Assembly (NCBI GenBank): GCA_964035545.1
Contig: OZ037765.1
Coordinates: 24,923,504 to 24,987,503, forward strand
DNA length: 64,000 nucleotides
Origin: Bugula neritina
Lineage: Eukaryota; Animalia; Bryozoa
Reading direction: 5' to 3'
The notes beneath the pieces were generated by a model. The model ran no database searches, was not told the origin of the DNA, and worked only from the letters and a program-made list of their open reading frames with translations. Shown here one piece after another: positions 1 to 14,379 of this stretch. Both the position numbers and the translations under genes were made by a program. The first letter of the stretch is position 1; every line of letters begins with the position of its first letter.

Positions 1-3
1 TAC

Positions 4-3000
4 CTTTAATCTATCTTTTTTCTTTTTGTTGAGTTCTTTTCTCCTCTCAGAGTCCTTGGAATCTTTAAGAGCTACCATTTCTCTAGTCAGTGGACCAGGA
101 ACCTATACATGGTGTATAATGAATTGCTACCGTATTTCAACATGCCCTAGCATCTAAGTCAAAATTGTGATACGTCAATATACACTCATATATTACTTTA
201 AGAGAGTAAACAAATTTTCAAAATTCACTTATGCTTCATTATATTGAATTGTACTTGCTCTTATTCTGGACATACCTGAGCTTTGATATAGTCGTATTTT
301 TCAGGAAAACTTTCCATAAATATTCTAAATTCATTTCTAACAGCTTTATTCTGTGTAGATAGATATGGTACTACATTTTTCTCATCACTGAAAGCAAATA
401 ATTTGATACATACATTGAAGGCACACAACAAAACACTGAAATCACCACCCTTGTTCATATTTGAATTAAAACTATACATGTTCAGATTTTTACTAGCAGA
501 ATTTAAACTGTTTAATCAGGTTTTGCTTTTGCTAGTGCAAGTGGAGTAGTTAGTATAAAATAGGAAAATCCAAACTTGTGCGTCATTAAAAACATTCTTT
601 TGTAAAGAGCAGCCTCTTATGGCTGGTATTTGGTACATTATTTGACATATGTTGAATATGAAACAAATTATATGATATTTACGATCTTGCTGGATCACAT
701 CCTATGCCAAGAAGATAGGGTATAAGATGAGAGTGGCATTTCTGACAGGCTATGTGTAAAAGGGTATGACCTTGACTGTTCAAAGGAAGACTAATGGCAG
801 CTGAGAAGTTGTCTAGCCCTTGCAATATCTCATTAGAGTACCCAGTGACTAGTCTTTCCAACTCAACCTCATCGCCGACAGTGCAGGCTGTATAGAATTC
901 ACTTTGGAAGGCTAGCACTGCAAACAGGTTCAGATTAAAGGACTAATTAAAATATAAAATAAATGATATATTATTTTGATGTATTTTTCGGTGTAAATTG
1001 AGGTGAATTTATATTTGCACTAGTTGAAAGGAGCACTCCTAAAAATTAGATTTCTTAATTTCAAACCCCAACTTCAAAGTATTTTTTCAAATTGCAGGTA
1101 TTAAAATCAAAACCACGCCTTCAAGATTAATTGGGTGCCTATTAATCAAAGAGTTATCCTCTCAGTACAAAAGTATTGGGTCATGCAAAATATGAATACC
1201 AAGAGTTTTGGAGTTGGCTATTCAACAATTAGGAAGTTGGAAAGTTGCATAAAAAATAAATGCAATAGGTCAAGGAAATGGAATCTTTACAACTGAAGGT
1301 AGCATACATTTCAGTATATATAGCAACGTGTGTACCCTTTAGCCGACAATGAAGCTTATTTGCAGGCTACGTTAAAATATTACAACCAATTGAAGTTAGA
1401 ATTGTCGGAATTAAAATATAGCTCACTTTTATTTTGTGCTGGCACATTTAGATCTTTCTCCTTAACAGACTTTTTATGCTTAATTTTTTCTCCTTTCAAA
1501 TCATCAGCATGAGCAGTATTTACTAGTACCACTGAATCTTCAACTTCTTCTTCACTGGGCAGTTTACATTCAGCATCTAAAACAGCAGTTCTTTTATAAA
1601 ATTACTAAAAACTGTTTTTGCTAAAAAAAATAAAATACATGAAGCATTGAAACACCTGTTTGTCACAAATCAGGATATCAAACATAATGTACAATAGATA
1701 ATCCTACAAACAACATAAAATAGTTTCTATTATTTAGCCATATAATAAAGGGCATTTAGGTTAAGGCCTACAGTCTACACCATACATTTATTTGACAAAC
1801 TGTTTTATTTCTCAACCATCAAAATCTATTTGATGACTAAAAAAACTAGTTAGATTTTCAACAAGTGCTTATAAGCTAACTGCAAAAAATGTATAAGAAA
1901 AAAGAGTCATCAACAGGCGAAATTTATACTATAGTAATTGGTAAACACCATTCACGGATATGTACATTACACTATTTCATGACCAATTAACAATGACAAG
2001 TTTGCCTGAATTGAATATAACTTTAGGCAGCACCAATGTGTACCATCCGCTAGTGAACTAACTACTTTTGACACTCTACAATGGCAATCATTATCCAATT
2101 GTGGCACAGCATTACAGAATGCAGCTTCATATTTACTGCCAGAATTGAAAATCTCTTGTGACAATATTTTTGCCGTTTTTTAAAAACATCTTGAATTCGT
2201 TGCCAATTTATTTGGTGACCCATATATATATGCATATATAAATAGGCTAAATGGCCCAGGAGTGCCAAAAAATTTATAAAATACTTTTTTCAGAAAAACA
2301 CCGAAAAGCCACAATAACATTAGCATATTTATAACTTTTTGGAAAATATCACGACTGCAACAAATTTCTATTAATAACCAGTTAACAGATAGCCATACTT
2401 GTACACTGCCACTTTACTATTTTAAACATCAATAGCTTGTATATCATAAGTATGACAAGCATGGAATTTAAAATTATTACAAGGAATGCAGAATTTATTA
2501 TGCTTGTATTGTACAGTTTCAGCAATACAGTACCGTATTGAGTTTCTAACTTTAGTTCAAACTATGAGACAGGTAGAAAATTTCAAAGCAGACCATATGT
2601 ATATAACTTTGCTGTCTTTTACCAGCTGCGATCCTGCCATTTGTCGACTAAATGTCTTGAGGGTTATATAAAACTATACATTGAACTAAAATACAGGGAC
2701 TGGTTAGAGCTTATGAATCATCAGGATAAGCTATTAAAGTTACACTCAAGTTTAAAACTATCTAAGACTTTCTTTACTACCGACATTGGTGATAATCCCA
2801 TGTCAAATTACAAAATAATTACAACTGTCATGATCTATAATAATTTGACCAGAAGATATCGCAATATAGTTGAAAATTTAAACCGATAGGCCAATAAAGA
2901 AATTGCAATTGCAAAATTTCCTCACGACAACTTAAATCTACTTTAGCATTACATAAGCTGATTAACTATTTAAGTTTGTATTGTGATTTACTATCTTCTA

Positions 3001-6000
3001 AAATTAGCATATCTAATTTAAAATATTGGATAACATCCAACTGTAATTATTTGAGGTTATTGTACAGCCCTGCCCGTAAAATATTTGCATTAGCAAGGTA
3101 GAACAAATTTGCATATCAGACTGAACACTGTGACTTCAAACAAACCATGTCGACTATTTAAACTGACATAAAATGATTGATGGGGACCTTTTATTACAGC
3201 AGACAGAAGAGGGCAAATGATACCAAAAGTGTGCCCTAACTTCTGAGATTTATCTACAAACAGCAATGTTGGCAGAAGATAAAACTGAAATAGTTTATAG
3301 TGAGATAGATGACTATTATTCAAGTGTGATTTTATTAGTATTTGGCAATAAGAATCTTTAAAGTTTATCATAAATGTGTGGCAATTAACAGCTACTTGAT
3401 GATGCACTCTCACACATAACACTGAAAGACTTTATGCCACAATTTAAAGCACACAGTTCATTTCCCACATTTATATTTTATATCTGCATTCATTCTCAAA
3501 CACTAGCCCAGCGCAGGCTAATTTCACTAAAATTGGGCACAACCTTACGCATCTTATAACATACTCAAGCAGGCTACAAGTTTTGCTAATGAAGCAATTG
3601 AAACACTCACTAATTTATTATAATCCATTTTACTTTTTTAAATTATCTGTCATGGGCATTACTTTCATGGTTTATACTAATTCAAGCAGTCACTGATATG
3701 AAACCTGGTTTGGTTGGATTCAATTAGAATAAATAGATCAAATAGAACTTGACTGCAATAGCAACACAGCATCTCCTATTGCAGAACTGCAATATTTGCA
3801 TTAAAACTAATGAAGTTACCAGCATTAATTTCATCTGTAGGGTGCCCCTGGCGTCTTCGCCGCTCCAGTGATGGGCCTCTCTTTGAAACCTGCTTTTTCT
3901 TGGTCCTTTCAAGGACACTTGGTTTTTGGTCTGAAGTAGAAGTAAAAGCCACATAATAAGTAACAGGATGATACAAAGTTATTCACTTTCAGTTAACAAA
4001 AAATCTGGCAGCCAACAACCACACGACTGCCATCTGGTGGCTACAAGCATTGGTGAAGCTGTACTAATGTGAACTGATCAGAGAGGTGGCACTAAGAGCT
4101 GTAATTTTGATGACTCTGTGCTCAACACTGAATCCTCTCACATTTGTTGAGATAGCATCAATATTGAATACTAAAAAATTTAATGGAAACAATAAATCAA
4201 ATACACAAACTTCAATGTCATAATTTATGCAAAAAATAGTATGGAATGAAGAGGTGGCACAAAATTTACTCTTACTACTTCATGCATTCAGTCGCACCAT
4301 AAATCTTCCTTATCAATCAATTGAACTTCAAAATTGGTTTCAGTAGAAATATTAAAATACCTGAATTCTTAAAATAAAATAAAATATTTTAGAGCACATC
4401 AAACATTAAAAATAGTAAATATTTTAGGAATTAAAGTCTACGACAAGCTGGCCCTTTTTGAGTTCAAAGTGTAAGCGCAATTACTAGAATTTGTAAGGCA
4501 AGCAGCTACCCAATCAAGTTTCAGGAAACAATACTCAGTTGACAAACCATCTTTTAATTTTGAACCTTAAAATTGATTCTATTCAACATAACCAAAGATG
4601 AATCTGACAACAGTGAAAGTTCACTGAAAAGAAAATTATTCAGATTTCAGAATGATCCGCAGACCCTAAAAATAATGGGTTTTTTTTACAAACACAGGTA
4701 AGAGAAAAGCATTTACCTAGCACTTTCAAACTGCTCAGCTCTGCAAATACCCTCTTTACCTCACTGAAGGTCGCTCTCTTTGTTGGAAAAGGTATCATTC
4801 TGATTCTACTGTCATGCTTATCAAGAAGAATTTTATTTTTCTTGTTAAAAATATATGGATAATTATGAGTGCCGATCCTAAGAAAGATCCGGTGGCATTT
4901 GTCGATATAACTTCTCCAGGACACTACCAGCTCCTCAATATCCTGGAAGATACCAAAAACTTGAAAAAAAGTTATGCTGTTTTTTGTTGGATGAAATATA
5001 ATCAGCATTTAGACTGAAACATACAAGTGTAGAACATAGGAATACAGTTATTATAATGATTAGAAATATTACATACATATGAGTGCATTGGAGAAATGTG
5101 CATCTACTTAGTGCCTATAATGATTTGTTTTTAAAGGCATGCCCTTGATAAAATCTGTTATGGTGGCGAATTGATGAATTCTTATTTTGAAATTGAACAA
5201 CGCCTGAATAATTAATTATGCTAATGAGAAAATGCCAAGTTGGTTCCACGTGCAAGACTTCAAAAGTGTGTCAACACACAGTTAAATGCTTGTTAGTTCC
5301 TACACTCTGTTGGTAAAATTCCTGCCGCTTTCATATGGCATATTTTCTATCTACATTTTTTCAAATAACATTTAGACAGGGAAAGTCAGGGGGAGGCAAG
5401 ATCAATAGTATCTTTCATTGCCACGGAACTTTACATTTCAAGCCCAAGTTTCTGTGGGGGGTTTAACAATCCCCTGCTATACTTGACTATATACCTACCA
5501 TCATAACAACTACATTATGATTTTAGAAGGTGTTGTCTATCAAATATGTATACTACGAGAACTAGAACAGTTGATCCTGCTGCAAAGGGAAATCTTGAAA
5601 TATACCAGATACAATTATTAATACAACAATTCAACCCACACAACTGCTCAAAAGTAGCCATACGCCTTAATGCAGCTCCATATATACCTTCTGGTCTTGT
5701 TTAAAACCTAATTTACATATGTTAGTGTCCATTAGATTCAGTACTTAAAGTGTTTATTTATACATTATAACACTAGGAATAACAAGTAGTCCTGTACCAA
5801 AACAATATTAAAACTTTAAGCAATTCCAAGGTGCTACCACCTACAAGTTCTTCATAACCCCTTCTCTGTACGCAGAATGTTATGCTTATTGAATATTTTA
5901 TGAGAAAGTGGTTTAACTGACTATTTTTAGACCTACAAATCAACATACAGTATAAAATGTGCACTTCTTTCACCAAATTCAACTATTTATTTATGCATAA

Positions 6001-9000
6001 GCCAAGAACCAACAGCTTTATGATTACGTTGAATGTCAAAATAGGTTGGTCTCTTGAAGCAGTAAATTGAATTTTTATCTATTACAACATCAGTGTAATT
6101 TATTCAACTGGAATATTTTAAATGCATATTTTATAGGCACCAGGTAATGTATTCGATACAATCAAGTAAAGATACGCACCATACATATGATATATATGAC
6201 ATATCATATGATATATATGACATATATAAGAAAATGTATATTACATCCAGGTAGGTGGCAAATAAACATACTTGAACAAATTTATTTTTAGTTTCAGTGT
6301 TGGTAATGAATAAATTTCGCCTTAACTTTTCCATAAAAATTGAATAAATTATAACTCAGCTTTTCCAAATCTTTTAAACAGAGGCATCCTTCTATGTTTC
6401 CCAACATCCAGCTTAATTGTTTTAAATATATTTTCAAAGCAAGCAATAAATTCACAGAATTTATAGTGAACAGATTTTCTAAAGCAAGTTAATCTTGCTA
6501 CATTATTTTGGTAAAATAAGATTCAAATAAATCTGTCCAACAGCTTCAACAAATAAAGTGAAAAATGTTTCAACTTTTTCAACCTACCAATACCTTCAGC
6601 CACAGTTGTCAATATTTTAGTTTAATAAGTTGAACTCTATCTACTCCGCTGACATGTGTGTATAATGTTACTAAGGAGCTAACCTGAGCCAACGCTGCCT
6701 CGTTGTGCCTCCTGATTTGTGCCCCAGCAGATTGGGCGTGGCCACCCTTCTTGTCATGCTGCGACTGTGAAGTACCACACTTGGCTCTCACCACGTACCT
6801 GTGAAATGTCTTATGGACCAAGACATTTCCACTGAAAATAGTTAAATTTACAAAATGACTTGTACAGAGTCAGAAATAAATGTTCTACGCATTGCAACAT
6901 CTACAAGAGAAGAGATAATCACATACATCCTTGCAGAGTCTTACAAGAGGAGGCTAGCTAGCATTTGCAAAACCCTTAGTAAGAGAATAATGAAAAAGTT
7001 AACAAGATTTTTGTTTTTAATACAGAGTTATCTCACTTTCCTTCAAATGTAAGCAAATGGCAAATTCTCATCCTTCACATCAGAATAATATAAGCGCTAA
7101 CCCTACATCTGAGATGATTGAGGAAACACTCGACCAATCAGAAGAGTATCATAACAAACTACTCAGATACTGAAGTTGATTGTTTGTGCTAAGCATGCTG
7201 AAAACATTCTAGTAATTCCTAAACTATGAGTTTATTAGTTAACAGTAAATTTAGTCTGTAGACTGTTAATAACAATTGGTAACAGAATTCAAATTGTTCA
7301 CTTCAAACAATCTTCAAGTTTAAATTCATTAATCTCCTGATTGTGAGTGAGTAGGGTGTATTTATTACAGAATAGAGCATATTACCACAATGAGGTCTCA
7401 TAGGGTCTAATAAGCAGGAAACACAACATATTTAAGTGCATTACCATTACAAATGATAATAAATAACCCATTTTAACTTTACAAAGCTGATGTTGAGTCA
7501 TGAATAATTATAAGAAATTAGATATATAACAAATATGGCATACTTTTCAAATACCGCAGCAGCGAAATGGCCCCCTCCCATCATTATGATCAGCCAAATG
7601 TTGTGGGACGAGGCTTGCTCTATTCTCTCTACTATATCACTCACATTATCAGGGTGCTCCTTTCAAGTAGACAATAAAATCATAATCGTTACCAAACAAG
7701 CAAATATTATAAAGACACTTTACCAGTAACAACCCACTCAAGTAACACAATACAAGAAATTAACAACTCTGTAGTAGCTGGTTTGAAAGTCAAAGAGAAA
7801 AATTCAAACCTTGAGTAAATTAACATCCATTGAGGGCATTATTTAGTGCTCAGCTTCTATCAAGACAAAAAACAAAAGTTCGAAAAGGTAGATTAGCAGT
7901 TGCCATCAGATCAGATGAGACAAATAGCTTCTTGTGAGTCATTAAAAACTGACAAGGAGAATGTAGATTGTATGGATGAGTAAGAAGGGAAATTAAAGTC
8001 TCCGGTAATGCGCGTTGTGACAGTTTAGCTCTACATCAGATCTACATATTATACATTAAAGCATGATAAAGTACCAATGCCCCTAACCAGCTATGGTTGG
8101 GAATATATGATTCCATTTGCCTAATGTCTCACCATATATGTATTGAAATAAACAGTTGAAATGATATAATGACTGTGTGACTTAATAGTTCATGATGCTA
8201 CTGTCACCCCATATTCAAGCTAACAATAAATCCTAGTTCCAAAGTTTCATGGATGTCTAAAAAAACAGTTAACTTGATGAAGTTTCCTGATAGTTGATGG
8301 ACAGCTAGTCAACACCATTGCCATAGTGACAGAAGTTCAATCATCACTTACGCACAACCACTTCTAAATAAAACAATAGTTAATCATTAAACTAACACCC
8401 TTCAAGTTAAAACTTATTACAACCAACATGCTGATGCAATTTTTTTTAGTGAAAGGCTTCTTTCAGAAGTGGAAACACGTAAGTAGGCTAAGTAGCATAT
8501 TAACAGTTATTGGGTTCTTTCCACACTTTCACGATTGAAAAGTGGGAGTGAGGAATTCACTTGTCCCCCCATACAGTTTTATGTTATGCCTTGGAACAGC
8601 CTGGTGGCCATTTAAGGTAAACCAGAATTTTACATACTTTCTTATGGAAGAGAACTGGCCGATACATGGACAGCACATGGCCTGATGATGTCTGCATATA
8701 AATTTGTATTCTTTTAGATGCCATCAAAACTCCATCAAACTCGTCCTCTGATGACTCACTGTCTTCTGCAACACCATAATTAATTTATAGCGGAATCCAT
8801 CAGTTCTAACAAAGAGATAAATTGATAGGTAATGAATAAGTATTTGGCTGTGAGCTTTGTATTAGTAGTCTGCAGCTATGTTTATAAATAGCAACTTTAT
8901 AAACACTTTATATGCAACATTTCACCTTAAAATTAGGAAGGGGATTTTGATCACTCATCAATCAATTTAGTCATAAAATGAAGGAACATTTACTAAGGAT

Positions 9001-12000
9001 TAAGTCATCTTCTTCACAGACTGTTGAGGTATTATTCATAACAGCACGTTGCTACACCAAACACACCTTCAACTATACCGGTGACAGCATTGTCTATATT
9101 ATCTTCTTTCAACGTGTACATAGATATCACACAGATAAAATGTCAAATATTTCATGTTAAACATTCAATTTATGGGCCAAGCCAAAAGTGGGTAGTTCCT
9201 TAATAGTTGAAGGAGCTTATATAAGCAATTGGTTCTATGTGCATAAACAGCAATAAAACGAGTTGGTATATGCACTTGAAAATTAAGCTGGCCTTGATAG
9301 TGGAGTATCTCTTTCCACTGAGGTCATGACACACAGCTCAGGATTTTGGTGTATGTAGCCAAAACATTTTCATGTTTTCACACTAATTAATGTTAAAAGG
9401 AATTCCATCTTCAACGATGCGTAATGATGCACACAACAAGTTTTAACTAAGAAGAGATCATGTCAAGGCAAGATTGGAAAATTAAAAATGTTGTGTTTCA
9501 GATAAAAGAAATCTCAGAAAAGAACTGTTGTTTTTTTCACTTGGCTCCAAACAAAAATGTATATACATTGTTAAAAAAGTATGGTTAAAAACATTTCTCA
9601 GCTACCAAACTTAAATGACTGTTTTAAAAGTAAGCAAAGCCAGGGGGGAAACATATTTTAGTAATATATTTGCTTATTCTGGCCACAAATTGGGTGTGAA
9701 ATTCTAAACAAACTCAATTCATTTTGATTAATTTACCACAAATTTGAAAATAAGATGTAGTAGAGATTATGGTAGTTGTTGCAATAACACAATGGGCCAT
9801 AATTTACTAATCTAGCTAGCAATTAAGTCTTCAACTGATTATATTATATTAATAAATCACTGTTTAATAATAAATACCCTATTCAAGTTGCTAATTATCT
9901 TATTTCTACAATTATGGAGGCAATTTGTTAGATTAAGTGAAGTATTGGTAACTTAAGTATGAGAAAATTTTCTTTTTGAGATCTTCAAATTACGGTTTTT
10001 GGGTTACTTGGTTAGACTTTTAACTTCTAAACACTTTGAAATAACACAATAATCCCACTGGATTTGACAGTAAATATTTTAATTTTCTGCAACAGGCATG
10101 TAATCTTGGTCATTTCCAAAGTACTAATAAATAGTAGTTTGAAATTTGAAAGTTGAACTAGTTATAGGAAAATGCTACATAATACTAAAAAATGATTTTG
10201 CAAGTAATGAATTGAGAAAATAATTGTAACACTTTTAGAACACAACAGATCACTGTTGAGTTTCAGATATTTTGGTAAGGGTAAAAGTCTTTGCTGATTA
10301 AAAAATTAGGGTAAATCTATGACTATTCCGTACGGAAAGCTTTTTTTAACCACTTTTCAGGTTTTAGTTTATTCCTTTTTACAATTTAAAACACATTTTG
10401 AATATATTAACAATACCACTATCAGATATACATACACCTTTTTTATAAAGTCAAACATAAAAACCTTTGAAATGTATCCTATGATTATATATTTAAATTT
10501 TATTATGTCATATCTTCTAATAACAAATTTGTACGCGATTATTTTTAATTTAATTTAATTGCTTTTATACTCAAAATATAATTCATTTTCAGTATATGCC
10601 TTCCAGTACAAACTTGTCTATAAATTGAACTGCCTGTGACATAGTGTTCAGATATTTAGTCATGACTTTGTGTTGATGCAAGCTAGATTATTGGCTTAAA
10701 TTTATGACTTTTGATTCTGTTGAATTTGTTTTTAGTTAGGCCTTGCTTTCAATTTTTTTTTCAAAATAAATTTAGCTCATATTAATTAACTCACACACCT
10801 AAAACAGGCATCATTGTTGTTTTCTGATGCTTTACTCTTGTAACCGTGGGCTTTTCCTCAGTATCACTCTCACTGAAGTCAGAACACGACAAACTTGATA
10901 TGCTGTCTACAAATTAAATATTTACATATGATTTTCAATAGTGAGAAATTAACTAAATTTACCTGCATTATAAAGAGCAGCACTGTATTAGTGCTGATGG
11001 TCTAGACATATTCAAATGACGAACTAATACTGTTGTGTACTTTATCAATTAATGATTTCAGAACATTATTATCATTCATCAAGCTAGCATGTTTATTACA
11101 TTAAATACTATGTAATTACAGAAAAGTGTCATAATACCAGATAAATATCAGATACTAAAAAGGAGCAAAACATTCCAAGGCAAATACATGTCTTTGTAAC
11201 AGTTGCTAACTAACAGTAATTAAAACATCACATCATTTAAACTTCTAAAAGATTCTATGACAAACTGAATTTGATAAAGGTGTAAGACCATATAACTAAA
11301 ACAATGAGATCTAAAGGAATAACTGCTCAGATTGTAACAGGAAGAGTGTCCTTCATTAGGGAGCAGCCGTGGTCTAGGGGTTAGAGCGTTTGCCTAGTAA
11401 ACACGAAGTCATGGGTTCGAACCCTACAAAGGCCATTGGTGATGTCAGGAAGAGCATCCAGTCATAATTGCTCCTGTGTCTCATCTAAATAGGTCCTTAG
11501 CCCTTTAACAAACACCCTTCCCATCAGGGGTTTTCTCACAGAGATGGTGACTATAAACTTGCGTGAGTTTTGTAAGAGTGTCATGCATTGAAAAGTTGTA
11601 AAAAACTAACATATAGCAACACAGTAAAGCTAGATCTTCATTAGCGACTGGTACAAAAGTTAAATGACTTACCTGCCATTTCAATGAAAGCTGTTTCAGT
11701 AACACTATTATAACCATGAAGCCTCCTTTTGATGTTAAAACGATGCCAGTCTCCCTTGAAGTGTTCCGTCTAGAAAAAGCTGAGCTGTTGTAAATATCCC
11801 AAAGATGGGCCATGGAAGAATGATACAACATTAAAGATATATTTCTAAACCAAACAAATAAGCAACTAGTTGCAGTAGTTTATTTTTCATAGCAGAAAGC
11901 TATATTATTTCTAATATTTAGCTCAAAATTTTAGGCATGTAATCTTTCAAAAACCGCAGTACATTTTGTATGATAATTTTCTATTTAACGATTATTCACA

Positions 12001-13072
12001 GCAATAAGTTACTATTGTAGTACAATATAACCCTAAGATTTTGCTGATAAAGAAAATCATGCAGTGAAATCAGCAGCAAAGCCAAGAAACTTCAAAATTA
12101 AATTTACAAAATTCCGAAATATAAGACGCTGTAATTGTCAAACCTGTTCATCTCTAGTATCAAAGATAATCCCACAGGAAGTACATGACATGGCAGAAGA
12201 CACTTGAAGCTCTGCTAACTTTGCTGTTGCAGAAACAGCAGTATTCTCTGAAATTCATCAATTATAAAACAAATACAGTAAAAACAATTTAAGTCTGATA
12301 AAAGTACATCAGCCTTAGAAAGGTACCTTGTCATTGGTTGCAAAAAAGCAGTAAAAATTGACTACTTTTGTTTGTAACAGGAAAGTAAGAAGGCTAGATA
12401 AAATGGGTGAAAAGTAGTGAGCGCCCATGTTAATGGATAATGTTGATGTGCTGATAACAGTAAATGAGTGTAAAGCTGCAGATAAATGATTATCAGATTT
12501 AGCAGCTATTTTAAGATATAACTAGCCTCTGTTAAACATATAAAACCCAGTAAAACCACTCATTAACAGATCCCTGGCTCATGAATATTTTCTGCCACAA
12601 TTGTAATGGGGTTTGAAACTCAACTCATCCTAGATTATCAGTTATAATCTACTGACATAACAGCTTTGTGGTGGAAAAGAATCGAAGGAACCAGCTATTA
12701 CCGATTTTCATTAACTACAAAATGTTGCTTGTGGTCATCAACGCCGAAAGATTAATAAATGTAAATAGTCAGTCATTTTTCTTAAAAATTAGAATATAAA
12801 TCTATTATGGTGAAGATTGTAGCAATTATAAGGCCATTTTTGTAAGGTCACCCATGTAAATTAAGGACAAAATTAAGAGAATTAGCTACTTAGTAAATAT
12901 TCCCAACACCTTGACTTCCGCTTTGTAACCTATCGCCAGAAATAGGTTTTACATCCTTTAGCAAGTCTGTTAGCCCTCCATCATGGCTAAACAATGAGAT
13001 AGTCGTGACTTTAGGTTTTGCTTTTGCTAGCTTTGGGCTAACAGTTACATTCACAGTCTTGGAGTCTTCCAT
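4..13072 (-). CDS. ANKZF1: Ankyrin repeat and zinc finger domain-containing protein 1 (Vms1/ANKZF1, RQC peptidyl-tRNA endonuclease); 3' end truncated by window edge
   Basis: GT-AG exons: 13072-12910, 12247-12144, 11769-11673, 10906-10799, 8765-8638, 7659-7544, 6831-6684, 4942-4717, 3930-3820, 1576-1427, 917-683, 387-276, 102-4. Motifs: C2H2 finger (CTSC...EHFKGDWHRFN), VLRF1 core (GGGHFAAAVF; HKTFHRYVVRAKCGTSQSQHD; SAGAQIRRHNEAAL; IPFPTKRATFSEV), ankyrin repeat (GHTLLHIAC), FPEKYDYIKAQVPGPL and a coiled-coil tail. Confidence 0.93.
6184..6225. repeat. 21-bp exact tandem duplication, intronic
   Basis: catatgatatatatgacatat x2. Confidence 0.85.
11361..11500 (+). mobile_element. tRNA-derived SINE in an ANKZF1 intron
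   Basis: Pol III A-box-like TGGTCTAGGGG (~11370-11380) and B box GGTTCGAACCC (~11414-11424) at tRNA-like spacing with no acceptor stem, followed by a core GATGTCAGGAAGAGCATCCAGTCATAA resembling widespread invertebrate SINE cores. The 3' end is approximate. Confidence 0.8.
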
Positions 13073-13913
13073 AACACAGATTTTTTTCAGAACCTCTTTC
13101 GTTTTGTGAACTGAAAATATTAATAGAAATGACAACATAAATTTATAGCAATAGAGATATTACAAAAGGGCAGCAGCACTAAATAATGCAGTAGTTACAG
13201 AACTGCACAATAGTAATAGTATTTGAAACCAGTTTTCAAAATAGTTATTTCTTTATATCACCAATTTGCCCGACCCAAATCCTTTCAAGTAGTTTGAAGG
13301 TTGTCCAAGCAAGATAAAACAGCATTTGTTCGTGTAATACATTGAATAACAGTGCCGCTTACTGATAAAATTACTTAACAACTACTTTTATCAAAGTAAT
13401 TGCCTAACTCGAGCCATAGATTGTAGACTGTAGTACTTGAAATTCCTGACATTTCACCATAGCTTTTATCGCTGAAAATTGTCAGCCATTCATTAAAATG
13501 AGTTTATCCAAATTAAAAGACAGTAGAATCTGCACTTAATCATCTGTATCAGTTCAAATTAAAAGGGTAACTTCTATTTATATATCAGCAATTATTACAA
13601 CTTGTTTTTCAGTCCAAGACAGTTTAGTAAAAGTTGATTTGCTTTGACACATGAAGTAATGAAAGGAAATATATATTCAGAAAACAATTAAAAATATAAC
13701 AACTAAATTATTTTATTACAGCTTCAGATTAACCATTGGGCTTCAGTCAACCATAGTAGAGGTTAGAAGGTGTGCTATTGGCTAGAGATAACAACTTCAC
13801 TACCCTTTGACCTGATTACAATGTGTAAAGCATGTTTCCTTTCCAAACTAATACCAATAGCATTCCAATGAACCACTCGGAGCCATCAAGCTGGGAATAG
13901 TTCAACTGCCAGA

Positions 13914-14379
13914 ATGAAGACTGAACCCAGGGTATCTACATCAAGTGTAGAAAAACTGTCTACACTGTGTGAAGAGAAGGAACATGATAGCAGCGAAACT
14001 GCTTCTATTGAAAAAACACTTATAAATGATACACCAGCAAAAACTCCAAAGCATGAACTCAACAACAACATTAACAACAATAACAGAAAGCTACTGCTGA
14101 CCAACCAGCCATCTACCAGCAGCTTAACAAGCATCGAAGCAGCAAAAGACCACGTTTTCTTCGATCCAAACAGTGAGCCAGGATCTCCATGTGCCAAAAC
14201 CCCCAGCACTCCTTCCACCCCCACTACACCAACAACTGATGCCTGGATTAACACAGGAACGTGGAGAAGACGACAATTCTCAAAAGAAAGGACAATAAGT
14301 CTGAAAGAAGAAAACGAAGAGCTTGGCTTAGAAAACGTCATACCTTACCACAGAAGTCCCAAGGCTCTCTCAGATATGG
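13914..14379 (+). CDS. Coding exon of an S/T/P-rich, probably disordered peptide (distal alternative first exon of Septin-7, or exon 1 of a small orphan gene)
   Basis: 155-codon ORF from an ATG with an in-frame stop upstream (13869), higher GC than flanks, upstream acceptor ttttattacag (13721) and a strong phase-1 donor G|GTAAGC at 14379/14380. Confidence 0.6.

Noticed and set aside
4050-4625. Additional small ANKZF1 exons
   Set aside because: Flanking exons 4942-4717 and 3930-3820 already join in phase, and the candidates have weak sites or incompatible phase.
6750-6810. Possible inactive ANKZF1 (RAKCG variant)
   Set aside because: The key Gln of the GTSQ loop and the HKTFHRY motif are retained.
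11361-11435. Functional tRNA gene
   Set aside because: A and B boxes are present, but the ends do not pair into an acceptor stem and the sequence runs into a SINE-like core.
13886-14341. 151-aa hydrophobic minus-strand ORF
   Set aside because: Antisense shadow of the A/C-rich + strand exon.
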